Positions 1 through 12,869 of a stretch of 64,000 bases of DNA are shown here, piece after piece. Where the stretch lies: NCBI GenBank assembly GCA_024704765.1, contig JAKMXF010000296.1, positions 203,309 to 267,308 on the forward strand, written 5' to 3'. Positions within the stretch are counted from its first letter, which is position 1. Each line of letters begins with the position of its first letter. Source of the DNA: Oopsacas minuta (Eukaryota > Animalia > Porifera). Below the pieces are notes generated by a model. It was not told the origin of the DNA, did no database searches, and saw only the letters and a program-made list of their open reading frames with translations. The position numbers and the translations under genes are program-made.

Positions 1-1705
1 AAAGGAGATAGAACATCTCAGGTCATCTTCCAGCTCTAATTTGTTTCGAGCCTTTGTTTTGATAGCAAGTAAGCTTGAAAATCCAGACTCACATAGATAA
101 GTTGATGAGAAAGGTATAGTAGTTTTAAGAGCTTGTTTACTGACGTTTGGATAAACCAAATACATTTTGGCCTAGAAGTCAGAGAGACTAAGAATTTGGA
201 ACTCATCCTTGCTAAATGAATCATGGACAAGTTCTAGAAACACCTCTTGGATATCGTATGGCATCGTCTCGACTACATATTTGAATGGATTTCTTACCAT
301 AGGAATTAATGGATCTTCTGTGTTAATCCCAGGAGAATATTTAGTAAACTCCCTTCCCAGGCAGTCAGGGGCTCCATATGTCTTTTGAAGTTGTGCAGAA
401 AAGGGTTCATTACAGAGTACATCTGTCAATCGATGAAAAGAACATGTATTGCCTTCCATGATCTTTCTTCTCCAGAGTTTACTTTTGGAGATGAAGGCAT
501 TAATGTTGTCTGTAGACTGATTATGTTGGTATCTCGGCCCTGAAGTTTCCGATTGAGCTCATTTAGAGTTTTAAAGATATCTCCAAGGTATGCCAGGTAA
601 GAGACAAACTCTGGTTTATTTAATTCAGTTAGGAGATCCATCTTGCATTTCATCTTAAGAAAGGTGTCCACCTCTTCCTTAAGTTCAAATACCCGAGCCA
701 ACATGTTGCCTTTGGATAACTACCGTACCTGCGTATGGAACAAGAGAGATTGATGGGGCATCCATTCCTTCACAAGTTTGGCGAAATAAGCGGGTATTGG
801 ACACTCCGCTTTTGATATAGTTGACTACTTTAATGACGATCGCTAAACTAACACACAGAGAACTAGGCATTGTTTTAGAGGCCAGTGCCTGGCGATGGAT
901 GAAACAGTGGGTTCCCAGCACATTCGAATTCTTGTGTTTAACAAGCGAGATAAAACCAGATCGGTATCCAACATGGCTGGTGCTCCATCTGAGCACGCCC
1001 CAACTATATTTTCCAGTTATGATTCATTTTCCCAAAGAATGTTGAGACTACGGCCATGACATCTTCTGCCTTTGTTGTCGTCTCCAAGGGCTTAGAGAAT
1101 AGGAACTTCTCCTCCATCGTCGGACCATTCATATAGCAAGCAAAAACCATCAATTGAGAAAGATTGGCCACATCTGTAGACTTGTCCAGCTGGATAGCAA
1201 ACATGGGAGATGCCTGGATTTTTGTAATTATCTGATGTTTGATATTGTTAGACATATCAACAATCCTTGATTTGATTGTGTCGTTTGACATGGATATTTG
1301 CTCCAGCTTGCTAATGCCATCTTTGTTGAGGACTATTCGAGCACATTCAAGAATGCAGGGGTTTATGAGAGTCTCCCCGGTTGTATGAGGTTTCTTGTTT
1401 TTGCCACCAATAGTGCAATGGCATACGACGCGTGAACAATTGACTCTGCCTGTGGATGGAATGCTCCACTGGAATCTAGTGTCACCTTTTTTAATCCAGT
1501 CTCCTTCTGCTTAAAGAAAGCTCGATCATTTTTGGAATACTCCGAGTGGACTGTGGTGAGATGTTGCTTCAGTTGGTACGACTTCATGCTTGAATTCGAT
1601 AGAGTTTTCATAAACAATACGCATTGTGGAAGTGGATAACCATTATTTTCGTGGAATGTAAAGTCAAAATTGAGATAATCTTCCTGTTACTTTCTCTTCA
1701 GTGTA
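1..1705 (-). mobile_element. hAT transposase pseudogene, Buster/Charlie (ZBED5/SCAND3-like) type; runs off the left edge
   Basis: Frameshifted minus-strand ORFs give PQCVL..KTLSNSSMKSYQLKQHL (BED-like finger), FAIQLDKSTDVANLSQL, THCFIHRQALASK (CxxH), YLAYLGDIF..LNELN.KLQG and at 1-130 PFSSTYLCESGFSSLLAIKTKARNKL (hAT dimerisation domain). Confidence 0.9.
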
Positions 1706-2169
1706 ATGGTAAACACTGACGTATCTAATTTACTGTAAGAAAGTTAGCAATTGAGACTATGAAGGCGAGGAGGCCAAATAAGCAAAATAATTCTAAAATC
1801 AGAGTAATTTGAGTTGAATAATTGTTGAAAGTTGTTTACTATTTGTATGTACTATCAGGTATGAAACAACTTCAATTTCACTAAATTAGAACTGGCACAT
1901 TGATTGAACTTCTAGTGTCAATCTCCAAATAAACGTTTATTGCAAGCAAAGATACCATTCAAAATTTAGTACAAATGAAAAAGCTTTGATTGCACTTGGA
2001 TTTGTATGGGTATATCTCACTTATATGTATTCTTAGAATTCATTAAATTCGAGGAACTTGACATATTATTTAGAATTTTAGTGAATAAGTCCCCTCATTT
2101 AATAGCTTTTACACAATATTTCTCAGAAGAGCCATTCCCCACCTAATGATCCTCCATTCCTCACCGGTT

Positions 2170-2990
2170 AAGTAGCACTGAGATGGACGGTTGAGGCAAA
2201 TAATCTTCGATGTGTTTGGATAAACAAAAGTACCTCAAGAATTGTGGGTGATAGTCGTATTTAGAGTTTGAATCCTTACGAATCATCGAGGTAAATGCAA
2301 AATGGAACTTTCTGAGTTTATTGAGCATTTTCGGGTGAGAGTATAATAAAACAAGTTGACAATCTTTCAAAGACTCAAATTATTGAGTAGAAAAGAGTTC
2401 CACTGCGTTTTGAAACAGAATCATGAAAGGTAATGTTGAATCAACAACAAAGGAATACTAACCACAGTACTACTACAAAGTATTGGATATTGTGGCCATC
2501 TTATCTTGATTTGAAAAATCTGGGTATAAAAATGCAAAATTATTCAAAATTTACTCCTCAATGTTGTCAATGGAGAAAGTCTTAAAGAATAATTTGTAGA
2601 GTTTACAACATTCTACGATACTGATATTGATTCATTTGATCTTCGAGTTGAACTTTCGCTAATCATTCAGAATTTTAGCGGAAACATGCCGTTAATGTGG
2701 ATTTAAATAGCTTAATCAACCATCTTAAAGGGTTCACTATCGCTGAACAATAGAATCATAAGGAAATTTGACGATTGTTAGTTTGATTCAAGTTAATCCT
2801 TCAACAAATGCAATTTGAGAAAGATCCTTCTCAGCTATGCAAAGGCTCACAACTTTCTTATGCACAAGAATGACTCAAGTTAGGCTAAATTCACTAATGA
2901 TACTTAATATACATAAAAGGAAGACTGAATCGCTCCTTTGATACTCATTGCGAACGAAATTGTAGCTAAAAATATTTTACAGAATCTGAT
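2170..2990 (+). mobile_element. Degraded hAT transposase relic, ZMYM1-like clade
   Basis: Manual translation with stops and frameshifts: RWTVEAN, DNLSKTQ, and at about 2790-2920 PSTNAI*ERSFSAMQRLTTFLCTRMTQVRLNSLMILNIHK (ERSFS..RL...R..M.Q.RL hAT C-terminal motif). Confidence 0.75.
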
Positions 2991-3504
2991 CTAAATTAGT
3001 ATATGTATTGAGCGTCGAATTCATTGTATTTACTTGAATAATACTTTGAACCAAATATGTTTCAGTACAAACGCGAGATTGATGTACATGCATGTACAGC
3101 ATTATAGACGTATTCTCACACATAATCTGGTGTAAACACGGGTAGTGAAGTAGTAGAACATTTTCGTTTATGTATAAGTATAATTATTGCGAAACTAGCG
3201 CGAGAGGTCTTGGTACTAATCCAGATTATTATGGGAATCAGTCTGAATATGACAGAATTACATTAGCTAAGCAAATCGGGAATGTTTATAAATTCCATTC
3301 GTACTAACCATAGATTAAAAATTAAGTACTCGCCACATTCATTATATGAAACTGTCAAGCATAAAACAATGAGAAATTACAGGGTGTCAAGAAATTAATG
3401 ACTCAATAGAATAAATCTAATTATGAAACTGCAATAAAATATATATATGTCTGTATTACCAGAATTGATTGAATAAACTGGAAATCACCAAGGCGAATTT
3501 TTGC

Positions 3505-3750
3505 ATCCAGGAGTATTATAGACATGGATGAGACAAGATCGAGTCTAGGACGAGAATTGACACCTAAGACGAAACTATGACGTCATAATCACCTTTCTGG
3601 AATTTTGAAGTCACATTATTAACCACGGGTCAGCCAATACACATGATAGAAGTTTGGTAATTGAATCAAGGTACCTCTGAATGTGACAAATGTCCTAACA
3701 TAAGGATTCTCACCAAAAGCTAACTCATCATTGGATTATCAGGTCATCAT
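3505..3750 (-). repeat. Partial copy of dispersed family H
   Basis: Reverse complement aligns by eye with 6830-7020 and 40560-40730. Confidence 0.6.
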
Positions 3751-4251
3751 TATCGGACACATACTGCCTCAAAACTGTTACCGGGGTGATATCGGAATTA
3801 TGAAATAGAATTTGAGCAGATTTCATGGACCAAAAATCAACCGTTTACATAAAAATTTGAGTGTGTTCCATTACTTCCTATGTGTTCCCTTGAAAATCAA
3901 TTATCAGTCATAGACTTACATAATTCACCAAATATTTACAAACAATTCAAAAATTCTGAATAATTTGCACTATTTTATTATATGTTTGTTGACAATTGAG
4001 AATTTAGGTCCCTTAACATGTTTTATACCTAAATCTATTTTGCACAAATTCAATTAACATAGACATATATTTCCAGTAGGGGGGAAATAAACGGGCATTT
4101 GTTTTCATTTGAAAAATCCCGGAACGCCACAAGTTTATGCCACATTAATTTGTATTTATATTACACTAGTTTGAATAGAGACAACTAAAACTATCGAAAT
4201 GCTAAAGCCAATTGCGCAAGTGTGTAAGTCATGAAACATACATGTATTACT

Positions 4252-6350
4252 CACAGTGGCACGATATGTTAAAATAGAATGAAAAATCATGAACTCGAAT
4301 TATGTTTATAATTTTGATATTCGAATTCAGCACCCCCACAAACCTTAGAAAACGTATTTGAATTACAATTACTATTACGATCCTACAAGCCTTTAAAGTG
4401 AGTTAATTATAATCATTCCAATTATACTATTTTACGAATCAATTTTCACCCATGATGAAATATAAATATTCAAGCTCAACTACGCAAATTATGTGCTACT
4501 CATATATCAATTGATAGCTATTTTGTTGTTGGATAGGGATAGAACATCTAATGTTATTGGTAATATCATATGGAATTAGCAGGTCTAATTTTAAACTTGT
4601 TGTGATTCCAACTTGGAAATAAAAACTCCCCCTTACTTCAAAGTGAAATAAGATTAAATGCATTCACATGCCAGAAGATCAATTATGTTACATAATAGTA
4701 TAATATTTCCACTAAATTCTAATTATAACTGCGATGACCGGAGGTTACAGAAATATCATTTATCTCGAAATATTGGTACTTAAATAATTAGTCAGATTTT
4801 ATCCCAAATATTGATAAATTTGGTTGTGGTTGATCAATAGCAAAAATAATAATATATAACGAAGAAACATATTTGTACTTAAACGCAAGAAACATGAAGA
4901 TGTAACTTCAATCACGTCTGAATTTATTGTCCAGTATAATTTGGACCAAACTGCGCATGATCGTTCGGGGAAAATTTTCTACGATCAAAGAAGATAGAAG
5001 AATTTATATCAAGAGGTTTACATTATCGACTTGGAATGATATATCATTCTACACACAATCTAAAATGTAAAGATTGAGTACAGATTCTCAGTGGTCAGAT
5101 GACGAAATGACTGTTGGAAGAGTTCCATTAAGCCAATCTACCGCCATGTTGAACAAAATTGTAGTTAACAATTCGAAAACCCTAAACGAATTACCACCTA
5201 AATACTTAGGTATTTGATTATCTGGTCTTGGATCTCAAATCGAGGCTGTTGTAAAGCAAGAAGACATTTCTTCAATAGCAATAGCAAGCTATCTACTGAT
5301 GATATGCTCACAGCAAGTACACAACTTTTCTACTGCTAACCTGTGCAAAGATATTATTGTCAAAGGGGAAGACAGCCAGTATGCAATCAAGTGTTCAGCG
5401 ACAAATCATCCTCTTTGATGGATTCACTTAAAATCGGAAAAAATATATAGATCTAAGACGTGTGTAAGGGTCAGAAGGTATCAAGATACCTGGTTATAAC
5501 AAGATTGCTGCCCCCCGGTACACATAATAACTTAACAGATGAAGCATTTTTGATTACTCAGGAATATCCTATTGGTATTGGTGTGTCATATCGTAGGCGA
5601 CCAACACAAACAGTAGATAGAATTTTGTCAGAATTCGCTACTTGTGAGGACAATAACAACTTGAAGTTTCGAAATTCGGGGGACTGGATGGACTGGCTGT
5701 CAACGTGTTTATCAGCAAGTGACACATCTTGACTTATAAACAGAAATGGCCATTTATAGGCTTCAAAGGACTGTCAATCGAATTAATTTGGAAGAATACA
5801 ATACCAAATACCCCTTTCTCAATGAGACCGATTACAATTATGACTCTACAGGAAATGAACAGAATATCAAATTTCTAAAAGATACATTAATTTATGAAGA
5901 AACCACTTATAAAGAAGCAAGTGGTTTATAGCTTATAAACTGTTTTGCTAAAGTAGAGATTCTCCGTTTGCAGTTAGATGGGAAAAGGGCCAAGATTCTT
6001 AGTGGATCTGGCGATGCGTGCTGCCAGTTCTGTACAGCTACGTTTGCTCAGATTCATGACCAAGACCTCGTCAGTCAAGGGTTTCCGATGAATAGATCCA
6101 TCTTGAAGCCAAAGTAAAGACTTCAATGAAGAAGAATAGATCCAGCTCAAATCTAACCAAAGATTCAATATAACTCACAGAACGATATCTGAGTTAAACA
6201 TTGTTCCAAGTTCTCCTTTGCATGCATAACTATGTTGCTTTGACTGGTTCTTATCTTTAGTTAGCCATTCACATGCAGGAAACGTAAGTGGTCTCAAAAC
6301 AACAAAAGTTAAAGAACTAAATGGAAAATGTGAGATCAGAATGTCTTGTA
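4252..6350 (+). mobile_element. RAG1-like/Transib-superfamily transposon relic (copy 1): left end CACAGTGGCAC plus a decayed transposase at about 4850-6350
   Basis: Translation across frameshifts is collinear with the ORF at 62941-64000 (IASYLLMIC..STANLCKDII, DSLKIGK, KIPGYNKIA, GLDG.GCQRVYQQ, WKNTIPNTPFSMRPI). It continues to LDGK (Asp at 5977-5979), CQFC (6022-6033) and SPLHA. Right end not found. Confidence 0.85.
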
Positions 6351-6652
6351 GATACATATTGAAGCAATTCTAAAATCACACAATGATTAGAAGGAGAGAT
6401 ACAGGGACCATTTTTGAGAGAAAATTGTTGTTGGTTGGGTGCAAAGCAATTTTCAACAAGAGGGTCCCCGCACATACTACTAAAAGAAGTCAAGAATTGC
6501 TAAAGAATAATTTCCCGAGGTATGGGAGTAAGGAAATAATTCTAAGAAGTGAGCAAAATTCAGTCGAACTCGCAAACGAAGTATAATACAGGAAAAGGTC
6601 GGAGCTTATATAGGAAATCAAATAGGCAACATTTCTAATTCATATAATTGCC

Positions 6653-7183
6653 CTAGTGAGCGTCGCTTGCTAGGTTGCTGTGCGACAACTTAGTGATCCA
6701 GGGTAGCTTAGGTATTAGTTAAACAGCTAAAATATATAGTGATTGGTCGCTAAGTGACAGAATATACTCGACGCTTCGTGCCAGGGATATTAAAAAATTC
6801 TGAAAATGTTGATTTTGTACGGTTATGACCTAATAACCACATGATGAGTTAGCTTTGGGTTAGAATCATGACATCAGGACATCTGTCACACTGAGCGGTA
6901 CCTGTGATTAAATTTTCAAATTTCACCATGTGTGTTGGCTAGCAATGTTAATAATGTGACTTTTCGAAAATCCAAAAGGTGACAATTACGTCAAAAATTC
7001 ATCATTGGTGTGCCTTTCGTCCAAGTCTTGGCTGTATCCGACCCCGGCCCAAAATACTTCTGTATTCCTAAAATCAGCACTGGAGGTCTTCCAGTTTCTT
7101 CAATCAATTCTAGGAGTACAAACATGTTTATACACACACATACATAAATACACATAGATTAATTTCGATTTAATAGAATAGAT
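6653..7183 (+). repeat. Dispersed non-autonomous family H (architecture recalls Helitron/Helentron-derived HINE/DINE-type elements)
   Basis: Starts with an imperfect hairpin CTAGTGAGCG-T-CGCTTGCTAG, has a body shared with other copies, and ends in a (CA/CATA)-rich tract plus TTTAATAGAATAGAT. The repeat is seen directly; the Helentron link is inference. Confidence 0.6.
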
Positions 7184-9009
7184 GCATCACATCCATTGGG
7201 AATTCAATTTCATAACTCCTGTAGTTCAATCACTGTTTGTGATGCAGCCTTTTTCGTATATACAATTTGAGAAACATCATGATGAGAAATCATAAATTGA
7301 ACAATAAAAATGCATACTCTAATATTATCCAGATATATATCGCTAATACACACCTAAGCTCTATCATACGTAATTCTCGAGATGTAGCACAAAACACATT
7401 TCCAGTCGGGCTTCAATTTTTCTAGACCTTTCGGTGATATACACTACCGTGCATTAAGTAGACATGTTCTAACCGGTTAACGCTAATAACATTATCCTTG
7501 AGAATCTGACAATATGTTATACAGATATATTGAATAACGTCATGGATTATACAAGAGTAGATAAGAACCGTTTAGCAGAGGATGGCTCTTATGAACAGTA
7601 GCATGGTTTGAAGCGATTACGGTTGCAAAAGGTTGAACGATAAAGGGTGACTACCTACCTGCATTATTACGTGCCTTTCTTGCTCTGTATCAAAATTTGC
7701 TTTAGTAAAGTCCAAACTATTCAAAAGTGCTTTACATGCAGCTAAACGCACGCGGTTACTCAATTCTTCACGACGCATACCTTGAATGATAGCAGTAAGA
7801 ATGGTATTGGCCTGTCCACTAATAATTTGAGGTGATATTTCCTCACAGAGATAACCTAATGAAGGAGAAAATGAAAAAATAAATATAAATAGTGATAATA
7901 ATGGAAAAAAGAGAATATGGACACAGGATTTGAAAGAAATTCGATACTAGTAATCTATGTACCAACACAGACTTAAACATAACATACGAGTATAGGCCGG
8001 TTGGGAAGACATATACGGAATCACAAGCCTAGTTGCACCAATGGATTACGCTATATAATATACACTATTTGGAAATGAGATGGTACCTCGACATGGTAGA
8101 TAACAAGAAAGATTCGGTTTCAAAAGCTTCATACACAGGCCTAAAGCATGTAAAAATTCAAAAAATTCAACATACGGGAATATTGACTTCTGACAGTTGT
8201 AAATAGCGGCTGTAAGCTAATCGCCGCAACATCCAACAAGCTGTAAACTCTACCAAACAAATCGAGGCAACCTTAAGCACCTGATTAGTACTCAGAATCA
8301 ATTTCCAGTTATTTGATGGTTCATGGACCATAATTTGTCATAGCAATGCAAAAATGTGTCATGAATATAACAACATTCTGTCCTGAAATTGTGTCTTAAC
8401 CCCAGTGACTCCGCGTGCAAGCTGAATATATTTTCTAATAATGATACTAAATAGCAGGATTTCGAAATTGCCGCATAACTATGTATTTATCGTATTATGA
8501 AGGAAATAAATATTATTCAATATAACTACACTAAATATATCGAATATTCTGAATCCGATTTTCGCACTTATGACTAATCAAATGTAAATTCATTGTTTTT
8601 CATGAATATAAAGTAAACAAATTTCAAAATTGTGCTAAAAACATGTTTTCAACGACTACCAAAAATGATATTATAAACAACATTTCATAAATATTTGTAC
8701 AATTTGGGGACTTAAAGTAAGCAGATTTAAAGATGATGGAAGTATCATGTTTGCTACGGTTAAGATTATGAGCATATGATTTATAGGGCCGTAGACAAGA
8801 TTACGAGAAGTGTTCGCAACCACGTAGCGGGAGTAAGCTAAGCCGGCTCGTATTTACTTACAACTTGATAATCGTTACAATTATGGTCAAATCAAGATCG
8901 CGAATTTAGTATACATACCCAACCTCCCATACTAGATAATACATTATGAATTAAAATCTCGGTTCCGGGAGAAAATCAATGATCTTTCATAATTGAACTA
9001 CAAGATGAG

Positions 9010-9486
9010 AGGGGGGCATGCATTCGTCCAAAATGGTATGCATGCATTTGCCAAATTATAGATGTTTGGGTTAGTCCAAATTTTTGGTGATCGAATGCAT
9101 GCATTCACGGGGAAATATCTTCGCGAGGAAAGATTGCCATTTACATTAGTAGTAATGAACATAAATAGTCTCACATGAAAATTTCCTATTTTGACACCTT
9201 CCAAGGTGAGTTCTAAATGCACTCAGCAACTCACAGCTTGCTTCAGATCCAACAATAATTCAATCAAAAGACGACACAAATTATCCAAATAGTCTACTGA
9301 AATGCTCAACTTCTCACCTCAAGCCAATATAGCTAGATACTCTTGTCAAAATTCAATTCTAGCACATTCCAAAGTATGTACGAAATACTCTCAGCAACTC
9401 CTAGCCTGCTCTAGATCCAACTCACGCGAACATCCCAAAAATTTGGACCAATGCATACATACGAATTTGGAGTAACGACGCGCCCC
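9010..9486. mobile_element. Possible MITE with G-rich termini
   Basis: Imperfect inverted ends (GGGGGGCATGCATTCGTCCAAAATGGTATGCATGCATT vs rc GGGGCGCGTCGTTACTCCAAATTCGTATGTATGCATT). Internal direct repeat CTCAGCAACTC..AGC.TGCT..AGATCCAAC near 9222 and 9390. No TSD seen. Confidence 0.4.
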
Positions 9487-10539
9487 CAATAAAGATCAAG
9501 AGCATTTTAGAATGCTTCAATGTTGGAGCATTTTTCAAACATATCAGCATATTAGGCGATCACATGACGTCTCTTCTACCTGAAATTGTTTCTAGATGTG
9601 AAATGTATGATTCATTACATCAGATTTGTGAACCTGATGATAGCAACAGTATATTTGCTAATATTATGAGTTATTTGTTTGTACCTCTAATCAACCACAA
9701 TGCACTTCTTATTTATCCCTGGTCCAAATATAATTAAATTTCAAGTCCTTATATTACGTAGTTCATGAAAAATTTATATATTCATTCGTAAATTTAATTT
9801 AAATAATAGCATTGCATGAAATGAAAGAAATGAGATAGCATGTAGGTACAGGTGCCTTCCACAATTTTTCAAGTATTTTTGAGAATATTATAAATGCGTG
9901 TAAAGGCAACTCTAATAAAATATTACTATCATACATTGTAGTATATGATTATCAACCATTACCATAGAGCGTAGGAAAATAAAGGAGAAAATACTTTAGA
10001 TAGGAATATTTAAGTATTTCAGCAACCCAAGTAGGTTACTTAAGTACGAATTTAAGACTTAAGTTTGAAGATAATCAAAGTGTAGACTTAAGCCCTCATA
10101 AAATGTGGGCATAAGTTCAATGGGATTAAGCTATTTGGATTTGGTCCCATACCTTACCGCAATAGAATGAAAGAAATTTTTGTGAGAATATATCATAAAA
10201 TATAGAAACATATTACCAAAATGTAACACTTGTGTAGCTCTCTTGTTATAAGTTATATACTCTGTCATGCTCAATAACAATCATCATTATGAATTAGGTA
10301 ATGAAAAGTAAATTCATTAGGAATAAATAAGTAAATAAATTTAATTATATGAATGTTAACATTTTCTGGGATCGGAATGTCTGTACTGGGTTTAAGCTGC
10401 TCAAGTTTCATCATTGTATTATATAGCACTTGTAACTTAGAAGGAGGAAATTATCAAAGATTATTAAAACATAGATTCAAGTTTCAAATTTACAATTGAA
10501 ACTGAATCATACCACCGCACACAATAATTCAAGGCCTCA

Positions 10540-11744
10540 GGTTAGCTAAGTAATAAACAGCTACAATTCGTGATGCTTTCGGTCGCTCGCGATGGGATAT
10601 ACTCGGCACTACGAGTATAAGGATAAAATCTTTGAAAATAGAATTCTTTCATTATCCATGGTCCATCCAAATTCCATTTAATGGCCTTTTCGGGAATACA
10701 TTAGATCAGTATTTCTCAACGTCCGACATCGCATTCCTCCCTTAGCGACCCCTAGGTTATTCGATAACCCCCCTATCTTTGAATCATCATTATACCTCAA
10801 TTTTGTAGTAGTAATGATTAATTATCAGATAGTCGACCAAACAAACAATTATTGTCTAATAATTGAGTGATTATCTTACCTATATCCAAGATTAGAATCC
10901 ATTTTTGATTCGTATTATTCAACTTCAGTGAGAACCAGGAGCCTGACGCTCAGAAAATTTGTTCTAGCATTTTGAATAGAACTATGGATAACAATCCAAA
11001 ATATACAACAAATAATGAAAAAATATGATGTTGACATTAACACTTACATGTTAGCTGAACAGTGAATAATGTTTCCGAACAAGTAGTATTATTCGTAAAT
11101 ACTTAACGCCCTTTATATTCGAAGAATACTTCTATGTTTGGATGTGTTTAATCACTAATAATTGGTTAGATATCATAATATATATATTTGTCCAAGTTCT
11201 GAACCCGATCAAGTCGAAATTAATTGACTAGGTGAACCAATTTTGAGAGTCAGTGACCCGTTAAACTTGGTGGATTATCATTAAACATAATCCTCCCATT
11301 GGGGCCAAGTGGACCCCGTTGAGAATTACTGCATTGGTTTTATGAGCCTTTAGGTAAGTAGAGTCGGCACTTTGTGCCTTGAGATAAGAATCATAAAGTC
11401 ATAATGACGTCATATTGAGGAGTACCTGTGTTTCAAATTTCAAACTTCTATCATGTATAGTGGCTGAGCAGTGATAAGTAATGTGATTTTTTGAAAATCA
11501 AAAATAGTGACAATGACGCCATAATTTCGTCATAGGTGTGGATTTTCGTACAATACTCTAACTTACCTGAACAAGTCTTAAAATACCACGGTATGCCAAA
11601 AATCAGCTCTATGGGTTTTACAGTTTCTTCAATCAATTCTTGAGGTACAAACATCTATTTATACACAGATACACACAGATCAATTGCGTTTTAATAGTAT
11701 AGATACACATATATACAGATTAATTGCGTTATAATAGCATAAAT
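10540..11744 (+). repeat. Family H copy split by a hAT MITE; 3' terminal block tandemly duplicated
   Basis: 10540-10700 matches the family H 5' part and 11380-11744 the 3' part. The end block ACAGAT.AATTGCGTT.TAATAG.ATA occurs twice (about 11675 and 11715). Confidence 0.6.
10707..11331. mobile_element. hAT (Charlie/MER5-like) MITE
   Basis: TIRs CAGTATTTCTCAAC / rc CAGTAATTCTCAAC; degenerate 8-bp TSD CATTAGAT / CATTGGTT. Confidence 0.65.
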
Positions 11745-12636
11745 TAGTTTAGTTTGAATCAACAACTAGATAAATTGAGGAAAATTTAAACCACGATTTT
11801 TGGCAGTTTAAGTAGTACAGTAAAGTAGTACAAGTGGACATATTGTGTTAGAAAAAAATCGTATAGCGTGATGCAAATCAACATGTCACATTGAATCATT
11901 TGACAGGTTTTCAACCATTGATCTTAAACGGTGTGGGCTGTAGAGCTGAAAGAAACAAAAACAAAATTAATAAATACTATCTATATACGATGCCACTTTG
12001 TAGTGGCAACAAGGTATCATATAGGTACAAAAATGTTAAAAGAAAAGATATATTTCCATGCTACATTGTCGCAGGAAAATAGAACATGTTTCGATTATCA
12101 AGTAACATGCTCCTTGGAAGATGGTTGCATGCAACTCTAGTCATACACGGTGCAACAATGAAGCACGAAAAAAAGTATTTTCATGGTATAAAAGAAAGAT
12201 GCCAAGTCTCCACCTGATTTGTTGTTCTTGGAAATTTAGAGACATTTCAAATGACAATTCAAATTTCAATCGGATAAATAGGTTGTTGAAAAGTGGACCC
12301 CAACATTGGAGACTAAGATTGTAGATATGGAAATAAAAAAAGAAGTGGGAGCAATTGCGTATGCATGGTGGACCCCAAGGTTTGAATTTGTTTCCAAAAA
12401 AATGATACCCATGGTATGCCCCATAGATGTATTCATTTCTCTTAGAAAATATCGATACAGTGGGCAAAACTTATGAACCCAAATGATTTGAATTTCGATC
12501 TATCAAAATATCTCAACACCATTAAAACAACAAACGATAATACAGAAAATTGTAGCTCCATGAAATTAACGCTATACAAAATTAAGGGAAGGAATTTACG
12601 TTATTCGGAGAGCAAGATTTAATATACATGAAGTTA

Positions 12637-12665
12637 CAACGGGCGTTCAATAAGTTTTAGAGCCT
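12637..12665. mobile_element. Solo mariner-type TIR
   Basis: TA-CAACGGGCGTTCAATAAGT resembles the TIRs at 35053 and 36384. Confidence 0.45.
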
Positions 12666-12869
12666 ATTTCTTATATAGCATCTGATGGAGTGCACTGTAG
12701 CCAAAGTAGAATATTAATAAGCCATAATACTTGTCAAATGAGATTTTAGCACCTTTTTGAGGTAATAAATCACACATTTTCCTTGCCGTAATAGGTTAAG
12801 TCATAAATATGACACCATAACATCCCTCTGTCAGGACTTTAAAGGATATTTCTCAGCTTTTAAGTAGTC

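Noticed and set aside
11891-12467. Cluster of overlapping short ORFs with a repeated GTGGACCCCAA
   Set aside because: Possibly a decayed gene, but no recognisable motif in any frame.
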